From positions 19,058-83,057 of the forward strand of contig JACQQA010000004.1 of assembly GCA_016207245.1 (NCBI GenBank): a stretch of 64,000 nt of DNA. The letters are read 5' to 3'. The notes beneath the pieces were generated by a model. That model was not told the origin of the DNA. It saw only the letters and a list, made by a program, of their open reading frames with translations, and searched no databases. Numbering within the stretch: the stretch's first letter is position 1; every line of letters begins with the position of its first letter. The position numbers and the translations under genes were made by a program. The DNA is from Candidatus Magasanikiibacteriota bacterium. GTDB taxonomy: Bacteria; Patescibacteriota; Patescibacteriia; Magasanikbacterales; UBA922. Positions 1 through 10,536 of this stretch are shown piece by piece.

Positions 1-116
1 CGCTTGACGTTGAATTATTAAAACGCGGCGAAGACGGCGAATATGCCATGGTTAAAGATGTTACGGATAATGTACCCGGAGGAAAAAACGACGATGAGAG
101 AAAAGAAAGAAATTAA
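1..116 (+). CDS. rpoB: DNA-directed RNA polymerase beta subunit, C-terminal end (5' part outside window)
   Basis: Frame +3 reads LDVELLKRGEDGEYAMVKDVTDNVPGGKNDDERKERN then TAA at 114-116. The LDVELL-type tail and the position directly upstream of rpoC fit rpoB. Confidence 0.65.
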   Translation, partial: LDVELLKRGEDGEYAMVKDVTDNVPGGKNDDERKERN

Positions 117-134
117 GATGAAAATACCAGCGAG

Positions 135-171
135 ATATTAACGAAATATTAAAAAATATTAACGAAATATT
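135..171. repeat. Two direct copies of ATATTAACGAAATATT (135-150, 156-171) in the rpoB-rpoC spacer
   Basis: Read directly. Copies are 21 nt apart start to start; the second ends 1 nt before the rpoC ATG (173). Confidence 0.8.
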
Positions 172-172
172 T

Positions 173-1210
173 ATGTCGCGCGAATTTTCCCAGCATATTA
201 ATGACTTTGACGCGATGCGTTTGCGCGTCGCTTCTCCGGAAGTTATCCACGCTTGGTCTCACGGCGAAGTAGTCAAGCCGGAAACCATCAATTATCGCAC
301 GCAAAAGCCGGAAAAGGGCGGTTTGTTTGCCGAGGAAATTTTTGGCCCGACCAAAGACTGGGAATGTTATTGCGGCAAATACAAAAAAATTCGTTACAAA
401 GGCATTGTTTGCGACAAGTGCGGAGTGGAGGTTACTCACTCTTTGGTGCGCCGCCAGCGCATGGGGCACATTGATTTAGCCGCTCCGGTCTCGCACATTT
501 GGTTTTTGCGCTCCGTGCCATCCAAGATCGGTTTAGTTTTGGATATGTCCATTCAGGCCATGGAGAAAGTGATATACTTCGCGTCTTTCGTGATTGTTAA
601 AGTTGACGAGGAACAAAAAAAGCAGACACACGAAGCTTTACGGTCTGAATACAAGAGCAAGAAAAAACAGATTTTAAATGAATTTGACCGCCAGACCAAA
701 GAAGCCAATGATAAAAAATTAAAAGCATCGGCGATAGAAGAATTAGCTAAAGAGCGCGATCGCAAATTAATCGCTTTGGAAGAAGATTTTACCGACGCCG
801 AAGACGAGTTGAAAGATATTCAAATGTTACGAGTGTTATCAGAAAATCGCTATCAGGAATTGGCCTTGCGCTATGGTTATTTGTTTGACGCGGAGATCGG
901 CGCCGAAGCCATCCGCCGCCTTTTGGAGAGATTAAATTTAACAGAAACGATTATTCGGCTGGAAGCGGAGATCAAAGAAACTAAGGGCGCCAAATGCGAG
1001 CGTTTAATTAAGCGCGTTAAACTTTTGCGCAGTTTGGAAAAAAATAAAATTCGGCCGGAGTGGATGATTCTGACCGCGATCCCGATCGTGCCGCCGGATC
1101 TGCGCCCGATGGTGGCTTTGGACGGCGGACGTTTCGCGACTTCCGACCTGAATGATTTGTATCGCCGCGTTATCAATCGCAACAACCGTTTGCGCCGATT
1201 ATTGGAATGA
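173..1210 (+). CDS. rpoC: RNA polymerase beta' subunit, N-terminal segment ending at an in-frame TGA
   Basis: Zn-ribbon [45 protein letters not shown]. Stops at TGA 1208-1210 in the same frame as 1247..4054. Confidence 0.9.
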   Translation: MSREFSQHINDFDAMRLRVASPEVIHAWSHGEVVKPETINYRTQKPEKGGLFAEEIFGPTKDWECYCGKYKKIRYKGIVCDKCGVEVTHSLVRRQRMGHIDLAAPVSHIWFLRSVPSKIGLVLDMSIQAMEKVIYFASFVIVKVDEEQKKQTHEALRSEYKSKKKQILNEFDRQTKEANDKKLKASAIEELAKERDRKLIALEEDFTDAEDELKDIQMLRVLSENRYQELALRYGYLFDAEIGAEAIRRLLERLNLTETIIRLEAEIKETKGAKCERLIKRVKLLRSLEKNKIRPEWMILTAIPIVPPDLRPMVALDGGRFATSDLNDLYRRVINRNNRLRRLLE

Positions 1211-1246
1211 AACGCTCCGGAAGTCATTTGCCGCAATGAAAAAAGA

Positions 1247-4054
<2,808 letters not shown>

Positions 4055-4075
4055 ACCGCGAGACCTCACCCCAAA

Positions 4076-4103
4076 CCCCTCTCCTATAAGGAGAGGGGTT
4101 TTT
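4076..4103 (+). terminator. Intrinsic terminator after rpoC
   Basis: CCCCTCTCC-TATAA-GGAGAGGGG followed by TTTTT. It is part of a repeat also found at 13246-13281. Confidence 0.8.
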
Positions 4104-4175
4104 GTGGAGCCTCTGGCTTTTTTATTAAAAATATTGTATATTATTATGGACAAATTTAATCTTAATTTTTAGATT

Positions 4176-4670
4176 ATGATGTTTCAAAAAACTCCGCGTC
4201 CGGCAATGCCGCAGGAAGAGTATCCAACCCCAGGCGTTTCTCCCGATGAAGTTGAGACCGTGGTTGGCCCGTCAGTGCGGGTGGAAGGTGATTTTGCTTC
4301 CGAGGGCAATATTATAGTAAAAGGCATTGTGTCCGGTTCGGTGAAAACCAGCAAATTGTTGACCGTGGAAAAAGGCGCTTCAATTTTCGCGAATGTGCGC
4401 GCCGGCAACGCGGCGATTTCCGGTTCCATTCGAGGAAATGTGAAAGTATCGGACCGATTGGATTTGGCCGAAACCGCGCAAGTGGCTGGTGACATCGATT
4501 GCCGAGTATTGAGCGTCGCGCCCGGAGCTTTGGTTCAGGGCAGAGTAACAATGAAAGGAATTGAAATCGCCGGTGATAAAAAAGATGAGAAAAAAATCGG
4601 CAGCTTTATGAGTAAAATAAAATCACATTCGGAGGACGAAGTTGACAATACGGTCGCGAGCGGTTTGTGA
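4176..4670 (+). CDS. Bactofilin-family cytoskeletal protein
   Basis: Repetitive beta-helix pattern VRVEGDFASEGNIIVKGIVSGSVKTSKLLTVEKGASIFANVRAGNAAISGSIRGNV typical of DUF583/bactofilin. Confidence 0.8.
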   Translation: MMFQKTPRPAMPQEEYPTPGVSPDEVETVVGPSVRVEGDFASEGNIIVKGIVSGSVKTSKLLTVEKGASIFANVRAGNAAISGSIRGNVKVSDRLDLAETAQVAGDIDCRVLSVAPGALVQGRVTMKGIEIAGDKKDEKKIGSFMSKIKSHSEDEVDNTVASGL

Positions 4671-4686
4671 AAGAAAAAAGCCGGTT

Positions 4687-5442
4687 ATGTATGTTTATCT
4701 TTATGATAATTTTCTCAAGCAGAAAAAATACGCGTCTACCTTGAAAATAATTGAAACAAGGTTGACAGATTTTGGCATTGCCGGTAAGATAATCCGGCTG
4801 CAAAGTTTAAGCGACGCTAAAGAATTAGTAGAAGATGAAATAAAAAAAGGCGTGTCAGGCATTGTGATCGTGGGGAATGATAAAACTTTCGGTCAAGTAT
4901 TATCACGCGCCGCCACCTGCGAGACATTATTCGGTTTTTTACCAATCGGGCAGGGCAACAGGATTGCGGAAATTTTAGGCATTCCGATCGGTGAAGAGGC
5001 TTGCGCGACTTTATCGCGGCGGCGGAAGTTAAGATTAGATTTGGGTTGGTTTAATGGCCGATATTTTGTTTCCCAACTTCATATTATGCCTAGCGAAATT
5101 GCGGTGGAATATGATGAAAGATTTAAAGTAACGGCAAAAAGCAAGATGGAATTGGTGGTGTGCAATTTACAACCCTTTGAATGGGAAGGCAATGGCAAAA
5201 AATATGTCGTCCGTCCGCAAGATGGCAAACTTGAGGCCTTTTTGCGGCCGGTTCTTGGCCGAAGCTGGTTTAAAGAAAGATTTGAAGACCCCAGCATTTT
5301 TCCGTTTCAAGAAATGACGGTGAGCGCAAAAAAACCATTCGTCGTTGAGGCCGACGGCCGGCAGTCAAAAGAAACGAAAATAAAAATTAAGTTATCCAAA
5401 AAAAGAGTGGAGATGATTGTGGGGAAAGAACGAATGTTTTAG
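4687..5442 (+). CDS. Diacylglycerol/lipid kinase-like (DAGK_cat / YegS-BmrU family) protein, motif-degenerate
   Basis: GIVIVGNDKTFGQVL (GGDGT-like loop reads GNDKT) and FGFLPIGQGN. Start moved to ATG 4687 (MYVYLYD) to remove overlap with the bactofilin gene. Confidence 0.55.
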   Translation: MYVYLYDNFLKQKKYASTLKIIETRLTDFGIAGKIIRLQSLSDAKELVEDEIKKGVSGIVIVGNDKTFGQVLSRAATCETLFGFLPIGQGNRIAEILGIPIGEEACATLSRRRKLRLDLGWFNGRYFVSQLHIMPSEIAVEYDERFKVTAKSKMELVVCNLQPFEWEGNGKKYVVRPQDGKLEAFLRPVLGRSWFKERFEDPSIFPFQEMTVSAKKPFVVEADGRQSKETKIKIKLSKKRVEMIVGKERMF

Positions 5443-5445
5443 CGA

Positions 5446-5532
5446 GCTCAGGTGGCGTAACTGGTAGCCGCACTACCTTGAGGTGGTAGCGCCCGCAAGG
5501 GCATGGAGGTTCAAATCCTCTCCTGAGCACCA
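5446..5532 (+). tRNA. tRNA-Leu (anticodon GAG), CCA encoded
   Basis: Manual cloverleaf: acceptor GCTCAGG/CCTGAGC, anticodon arm CTACC-TTGAGGT-GGTAG, long variable arm GCCC-GCAA-GGGC, T loop TTCAAAT, ACCA end. Confidence 0.9.
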
Positions 5533-5542
5533 GTCTCATTTT

Positions 5543-5566
5543 AAACCCCGCTTAAGCGGGGTTTTG
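5543..5566 (+). terminator. Intrinsic terminator after tRNA-Leu
   Basis: AAA-CCCCGC-TTAA-GCGGGG-TTTT. Confidence 0.75.
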
Positions 5567-5806
5567 GATATGTATGAAGGGGGTTGGGTTAGACCCCCGC
5601 GCTCTCAAGATAAAGAGCTTTGTCGCGATAGCTGGCATAGCCTGAGTTTGTCGGTCTTGGAGTGCTCTCTGGCAAGAACAACAATGACCGTCATGGGAAT
5701 TTTTGTAGACTCGGTTTCTGCCTTAGAGGCTATCTTTATGCGAACAACCCAAAATAAAAGAACCGTAGGGACTTATACTAAATCATTATGAGTAAATAAT
5801 CAAGGC

Positions 5807-5835
5807 TTGACAAGTGGATAATTTCGCGCTATATT
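5807..5835 (+). promoter_or_regulatory. Sigma70-type promoter for RNase P RNA
   Basis: TTGACA (5807-5812), 17-nt spacer, TATATT (5830-5835). The P1 stem starts 8 nt later. Confidence 0.65.
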
Positions 5836-5875
5836 AAATACGCTCATTACACAGCAGATGATCGACCCGCCTCAT

Positions 5876-5900
5876 CGCCTGCCTGCCGGCAGGCAGGGCG
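5876..5900. repeat. P20 palindrome copy (CGCCTGCCTGCCGGCAGGCAGGGCG) inside RNase P RNA
   Basis: Perfect GC-rich palindrome just 5' of GGAAAGTCCG. The same core is at 11367, 55277, 56071 and 62944. Confidence 0.85.
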
Positions 5901-6249
5901 GGTAGGAAAGTCCGAGCTCCTTTTTTGACAATGGGTAATACCCATCCTTCATGTCGTGAGGCATTGAAGCGGGATAGCGCCACAGAGACAATACTACTTT
6001 GACACGCCGTAGCCTTGGCGGAGGCGGTAACAAAAACCCGCCTACGCTAAAGCTTCGGCGTGGCGAAGGAAACGTGAAAAGTGTATGGAGGTTTTGGTTC
6101 TAGATCAAAGCTACTATACTCTCCGACCCGTGAGGCGTCGGAGTGGCAAGCCCTGTCTGGAGAAAGTGCAGCGTCCCGATTTAATCGGGATGAAAAGTTA
6201 GCACGTTAGATCGCGTAGAGCAATTTACGCGACAGAGAAATGATCATTG

Positions 6250-6335
6250 CTTCGACTCGCTTCGCTCGCTCAGCACAAGCCCTATTAATAAAATAATATG
6301 ACTTGTCCTGAGCGAGGCCGTAGGCCGAGTCGAAG
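6250..6335. repeat. H-family hairpin element inside RNase P RNA
   Basis: CTTCGACTCG...CTCGCTCAGCACAAG / CTTGTCCTGAGCGAG...CGAGTCGAAG arms around an AT-rich loop, immediately 5' of ACAGAACTCGGC. Confidence 0.8.
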
Positions 6336-6418
6336 GACAGAACTCGGCTTATCGCTGTGGAATGAGCAATTAAAACCCCTCTTGAAAAAAGAGCGGGTTT
6401 TTGTTATCTTATTAATAT

Positions 6419-7837
6419 ATGAAACGTTCCGAAATCTTCCTCATGATTTTTAAAGTTCCGGTGGATTTTTTAATGCTTATATTGGCCGGCATCTCGGCCT
6501 ATTATTTGCGTTTTGCGGAATTGCTCGTCGGTTTTCGGCCGGTAGTTTTTGATTTGAGCCTGTCAAAATATTTAAGTATTGCCACATGGGTGAGCGCGGT
6601 TTGGCTAATTATATTTGCTCTGCTCGGTCTATATTCCACTGATCCAAATCGCAAGTTATCAAAGGATTTAACGCGAATATTTTTTGCTTGTTCCGTGGGT
6701 CTGGGTGTGGTGGCTTTGTATGTGATGTTCGCATTACAACAGTTTGATTCGCGTTTTCTTGTTGCCGCCAGTTGGGTGTTTGCCATTGTTTATGTTTCTG
6801 TCGGGAGGATTTTAATCCGCGGCTTGAAAGGCTTGATGTATCGCGCGGGTTTGGGTTTGCGGCGCGTGGCAGTGATTGGCGGAGAAGAAATAGCCAACGA
6901 TGTCGTCAGGGAATTAAACCAAAGAAATGAGCTGGGCTATAAAGTGATCGGACAGTACAATGTTTTTTCCGCGCAATTAATTTCCGTCCTGGAAAAATTA
7001 AATTTGGATGAAATTGTTTTTACCAATCCGCGCGCCAACGAAAAAGAAGCTTTGCGGGCGTTGAATTTTTGTAATTTAAATCACATTGTTTTTAAATATT
7101 CCGCCGATTTGTTTTCCGCTTATTCAGCCAATATGGCAGTCAGTCCGTTGGCCGGCGTGCCAATAGTGGAATTGAAACGTACGCCGTTAGACGGCTGGGG
7201 CAGGGTGGCGAAGCGAGTATTTGATGTTATTGCAAGTTTGATAGCTATTACTTTGCTGTTGCCGCTGATGATTTTATTTGCCATAATTATTTTGTTGGAA
7301 ACCGGCCGGCCGGTGATTTACAAAAATGAAAGAGTGGGGATTCGCGGACAAAAGTTTTTTATTTTCAAATTTCGTTCCATGTTTCAGAAAGATTGCACCG
7401 GGCCGCAATTCGGCCGAGCCGGTTTGAAAGCGGAAATGAAAGAGAAAGATTTGATTGAAGAAAAAAGCGTAAAGACCGGACCGATATATAAAATTGCGGA
7501 CGATCCGCGCGTTACTAAATTCGGACGATTCATTCGGCGCTGGAGCATAGACGAATTGCCGCAATTTTTTAATGTTTTAATCGGCGACATGAGCATCGTC
7601 GGCCCGCGGCCGCATCAGCCGCGCGAAGTTGAGCAATATGAAAAAGAATACCCGACCGTGTTTACGTTAAAGTCCGGAATCACCGGCATGGCGCAAATTT
7701 CCGGCCGGAGCGATTTGTCGTTTGAAGAAGAAATGAAGCTTGATATTTTTTATATTGAACGCTGGAGCATGTTTTTAGATCTGATTATTTTTATCAAAAC
7801 ACCGTTTGTAATATTTAAGAGAAGAAAAGCATTGTGA
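6419..7837 (+). CDS. Polyprenyl-phosphate glycosyl-1-phosphate transferase (WbaP/CpsE-like bacterial sugar transferase)
   Basis: N-terminal multi-TM region plus C-terminal KRVFDVIASL...YKNERVG..FKFRSM...DELPQFFNVLIGDMSIVGPRP. Confidence 0.85.
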   Translation: MKRSEIFLMIFKVPVDFLMLILAGISAYYLRFAELLVGFRPVVFDLSLSKYLSIATWVSAVWLIIFALLGLYSTDPNRKLSKDLTRIFFACSVGLGVVALYVMFALQQFDSRFLVAASWVFAIVYVSVGRILIRGLKGLMYRAGLGLRRVAVIGGEEIANDVVRELNQRNELGYKVIGQYNVFSAQLISVLEKLNLDEIVFTNPRANEKEALRALNFCNLNHIVFKYSADLFSAYSANMAVSPLAGVPIVELKRTPLDGWGRVAKRVFDVIASLIAITLLLPLMILFAIIILLETGRPVIYKNERVGIRGQKFFIFKFRSMFQKDCTGPQFGRAGLKAEMKEKDLIEEKSVKTGPIYKIADDPRVTKFGRFIRRWSIDELPQFFNVLIGDMSIVGPRPHQPREVEQYEKEYPTVFTLKSGITGMAQISGRSDLSFEEEMKLDIFYIERWSMFLDLIIFIKTPFVIFKRRKAL

Positions 7838-8958
7838 AAATTGCGCTAGTTCACGACTATTTATCCCAACACGGCGGAGCGGAAAGAGTTTTGAAAGCGT
7901 TTCATGAAATCTGGCCGTCAGCGCCGGTTTTTGTTTTGTTTCATGATAAAAAAAAGATTGATGATTTTGAAAACGCGGACATCCGTGAGTCATTTTTAGC
8001 CAAATTGCCGTTCGGCCGCAAAAAATACCAATGGTACTTGCCTTGGATGCCGTTCGCGACCGAGCGCCACAATTTACACGAATTTGACGCAGTACTGTCC
8101 TCAACCAGCGCTTTTGCCAAAGGTGTTTTAACTCGACCAGACACTTTGCACATTTCTTACTGCCACACGCCGACGCGGTATTTGTGGACTGATACACATG
8201 AATATATTGAGGAATTAAAATATAATCGTTTGATTAAGGCGGCTTTGCCAAGATTAATTTATCATCTGCGGTTGTGGGATAAAATGAGTGTGGATCGGGT
8301 GGATCATTTCATCGCCAATTCCGGCACAGTGCGGAATCGCATCCAGAAGTATTATCGCCGCGAAAGCGATATTATTTATCCGCCGGTTGATATTGATAAA
8401 TTTTTTATCAGCAAAGACATCGGCGATTATTTTATCGCCGGCGGACGGCTGGTGCCATACAAGCGATTTGATTTGTTGATTCAGGTGTTTAATCGTTTGC
8501 GCTGGCCGTTAGTTATTTTTGGCGATGGGCCGGAAGAGGACAAATTAAAAAAATACGCCAAAGATAATATTAAGTTCGTCGGCAGAGTGAGCGACGAGGA
8601 GAAGGCCGCGTTGTTATCGCGCGCGCGCGCGTTAATTCATCCGCAGGTTGAAGATCTGGGCATTACGCCGATTGAATCAATGGCCTGCGGCCGGCCGGTG
8701 ATCGCTTATCCGGTCGGCGGAGCCGCGGAAACGGTTATTCCCGGCGAGACTGGTGAATTTTTCACTTCGCAGAATTGGGAGTCGTTGTTAGACACTGTTT
8801 TGCATTTTAATCACGAGAATTGGGCCAGCGAAAAAATCCGCGAGCATGCCGAGCGCTACGGCGTTGACGCGTTCAAAGAGCGAATTAAAAGATATGTTGA
8901 AGATAGATACGAAGAGTTTAAACAGGGGCTGAATCAGTGCGCCCTTGATATTAGATAA
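7834..8958 (+). CDS. Glycosyltransferase family 4 (GT-B)
   Basis: GT4 C-terminal motif EDLGITPIESMACGRPVIA. The GTG start overlaps the upstream stop (GTGA at 7834-7837). Confidence 0.85.
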   Translation: MKIALVHDYLSQHGGAERVLKAFHEIWPSAPVFVLFHDKKKIDDFENADIRESFLAKLPFGRKKYQWYLPWMPFATERHNLHEFDAVLSSTSAFAKGVLTRPDTLHISYCHTPTRYLWTDTHEYIEELKYNRLIKAALPRLIYHLRLWDKMSVDRVDHFIANSGTVRNRIQKYYRRESDIIYPPVDIDKFFISKDIGDYFIAGGRLVPYKRFDLLIQVFNRLRWPLVIFGDGPEEDKLKKYAKDNIKFVGRVSDEEKAALLSRARALIHPQVEDLGITPIESMACGRPVIAYPVGGAAETVIPGETGEFFTSQNWESLLDTVLHFNHENWASEKIREHAERYGVDAFKERIKRYVEDRYEEFKQGLNQCALDIR

Positions 8959-8975
8959 TACTAATACACGGACTT

Positions 8976-10130
8976 ATGAATGTCGGTGTTGATATAAGGT
9001 GTTTGATGGAGAAAGAACGCACTGGTGTTGGGGAGTATGCTTTTGGGCTGCTTGATGCTGTCTTTAGAATTGACAAAGAGAACCAGTATTTTTTATTTTA
9101 TAATTCCCATAAAGATGTTTCGGAAGTTTTGCCAAAATGGGAGTATCCGAATGTGCGTTATGTAAGGACGAGGTGGCCGAATAAGATATTTAATGTTTTT
9201 TTGCTTTTGGGTTTAGTAAAATTAAATAAACTGATTGAAAGAAGATTGAAAGATTATAAGATTAAAAAATTAGATTGTTTTTTTTCTCCGAACTTGAATT
9301 TTACTTCTTTGACTCCCAAAACAAAATTTTTTTTGACTATTCATGATTTGTCTTTTGAATTTTTGCCCGAGTGTTACACATTAAAACAACGGCTGTGGCA
9401 CAAATTACTGCGGCCGAAAAAGCAGTGTCAACAGGCGAATATTATTTTTACGCCATCGGAGAGTACGAGGCGGGATGTGGCGTCGCGGTATTTTGTGGCA
9501 GAAAAAAAAGTTTTAATTTTGCGTCCGGGTTTATCCGCAACTATGACACAGAATACAGATAACAGAATGCAGGTGAGAGAGAAATATGATTTGCCGGAGA
9601 AGTTTATTTTGTTTTTAGGCACGATTGAGCCGAGGAAAAATGTTGAGGCGGCAATATCCGCTTTTCAGAATATCCACACACTTACACACTTACACACTTA
9701 CACACTTGTCATCGCTGGCGCCCGCGGATGGAAGAACGAAAATGTGATGCGCGTTATTGCCGACACACCAAACGTTCGCTACATTGATTACGTTGCCGAG
9801 GAAGACAGACCCGCATTGTATCGTTTAGCCAGTCTGTTTGTCTATCCGAGTTTATATGAAGGATTCGGTTTGCCGGTTTTGGAAGCAATGGCCTGTGGCA
9901 CGCCGATCATCACCAGCAATCGTTCTTCTTTGCCCGAAGTCGGCGGTGATGCTGTTTGTTATGTCAATCCGGCGAATGTCGCGGAGTTGAGCTGGGCGAT
10001 GGAGCGAGTGTTGTGCGATGATGAATTAGGAATTAAGAATTATGAATTAAGAGTTGCAAGACAAAAAGAGTGTGTGGAAAGATTTGATTGGGGGAGAAGC
10101 GCTGGGCAGTTTTTAAATTATCTAATTTGA
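8976..10130 (+). CDS. Glycosyltransferase family 4, carrying three in-frame repeat inserts
   Basis: YEGFGLPVLEAMACGTPIITS. Inserts at 9549-9572, 9677-9707 and 10023-10053. Confidence 0.85.
   Translation: MNVGVDIRCLMEKERTGVGEYAFGLLDAVFRIDKENQYFLFYNSHKDVSEVLPKWEYPNVRYVRTRWPNKIFNVFLLLGLVKLNKLIERRLKDYKIKKLDCFFSPNLNFTSLTPKTKFFLTIHDLSFEFLPECYTLKQRLWHKLLRPKKQCQQANIIFTPSESTRRDVASRYFVAEKKVLILRPGLSATMTQNTDNRMQVREKYDLPEKFILFLGTIEPRKNVEAAISAFQNIHTLTHLHTYTLVIAGARGWKNENVMRVIADTPNVRYIDYVAEEDRPALYRLASLFVYPSLYEGFGLPVLEAMACGTPIITSNRSSLPEVGGDAVCYVNPANVAELSWAMERVLCDDELGIKNYELRVARQKECVERFDWGRSAGQFLNYLI
9549..9572. repeat. Q-family element (CAGAATACAGATAACAGAATGCAG) in frame
   Basis: Matches 55164-55193, 62873-62902 and reverse copies at 56098-56133 and 62935-62980. 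Encodes QNTDNRMQ. Confidence 0.75.
9677..9707. repeat. Tandem octamer array (CACACTTA) x4 in frame
   Basis: Read directly; encodes HTLTHLHTYTL. A related array lies in the spacer at 45183-45216. Confidence 0.85.
10023..10053. repeat. E-family heptamer array GAATTAGG AATTAAG AATTATG AATTAAG in frame
   Basis: Encodes ELGIKNYELR. The copy in the fem gene (55255-55305) is interrupted by the P20 palindrome. Confidence 0.85.
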
Positions 10131-10135
10131 AATAT

Positions 10136-10534
10136 ATGCAAGCATACAAAAACAATCGTCGGTTGCGGAATTTTATTTCTCTGCCCGTTATTTGGTCACA
10201 GCTTCTGCCTTTGGTGTTGGCTGATATTTGCGCTGAGATATATCATCGAATTTGTTTTTCTTTGTATGGAATTGATTACGTGAAACGTTCAGAATATATA
10301 CGGATAGATCGCCACAAGTTGTCATATTTGAATTGGTATCAAAAATTTGGGTGCGTTTATTGCGGTTATGCAAACGGCCTTTTGGCTTATCTTAAAGAAA
10401 TAGCCGGGCGGACGGAAAAATATTGGTGCGGAATTATGCACAAACAAGGCGGCGGATTTCATCCGCAGAAGCATCAAAAAGATTTTTTGCCTTATGGCGA
10501 TGAAAAAGCTTTTCATGATTTTATGAAGAAATAG
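10136..10534 (+). CDS. Hypothetical small membrane-associated Cys-rich protein
   Basis: ORF with hydrophobic N-terminus (FISLPVIWSQLLPLVLADI) and CVYCGYANG...YWCGIMH. Start moved to ATG 10136 downstream of the GT stop. No family recognised. Confidence 0.6.
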   Translation: MQAYKNNRRLRNFISLPVIWSQLLPLVLADICAEIYHRICFSLYGIDYVKRSEYIRIDRHKLSYLNWYQKFGCVYCGYANGLLAYLKEIAGRTEKYWCGIMHKQGGGFHPQKHQKDFLPYGDEKAFHDFMKK

Positions 10535-10536
10535 TT

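Larger units (their letters stand above)
5843..6366 (+). ncRNA. rnpB: RNase P RNA (bacterial type A-like), enlarged by repeat-derived hairpins
   Basis: GGAAAGTCCGAGCTCC (P4 5' strand), CGCCACAGAGACAA, AGAGAAATGATCATTGC and ACAGAACTCGGCTTATCG core strands. P1 pairs CTCATTACACAGC (5843-5855) with GCTGTGGAATGAG (6354-6366). Confidence 0.85.

Noticed and set aside
1208-1210. UGA reassignment (code 4 or 25) or selenocysteine at the rpoC TGA
   Set aside because: This is the only in-frame TGA seen in conserved genes, and many genes, including a 2954-codon ORF, lack internal TGA and some terminate with it. I found no SECIS-like hairpin directly downstream, and the homologous position is Leu/Gln rather than Cys, Gly or Trp.
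5483-5791. 102-aa ORF (and nested ATG at 5570) between tRNA-Leu and the RNase P promoter
   Set aside because: Its 5' part overlaps tRNA-Leu and its terminator. It has no RBS and no recognisable motif. The about 230-nt stretch 5570-5800 has some long-range complementarity (GATAGC..GCTATC), but I could not match it to any RNA family, so it is left unannotated.
9677-9707. CRISPR array interpretation of the many short tandem repeats (also 22573-22604, 62671-62766)
   Set aside because: The periods are 7-8 nt (one array 14 nt), with no unique spacers of 25-40 nt. The arrays lie inside ORFs, and there are no cas genes in the window.
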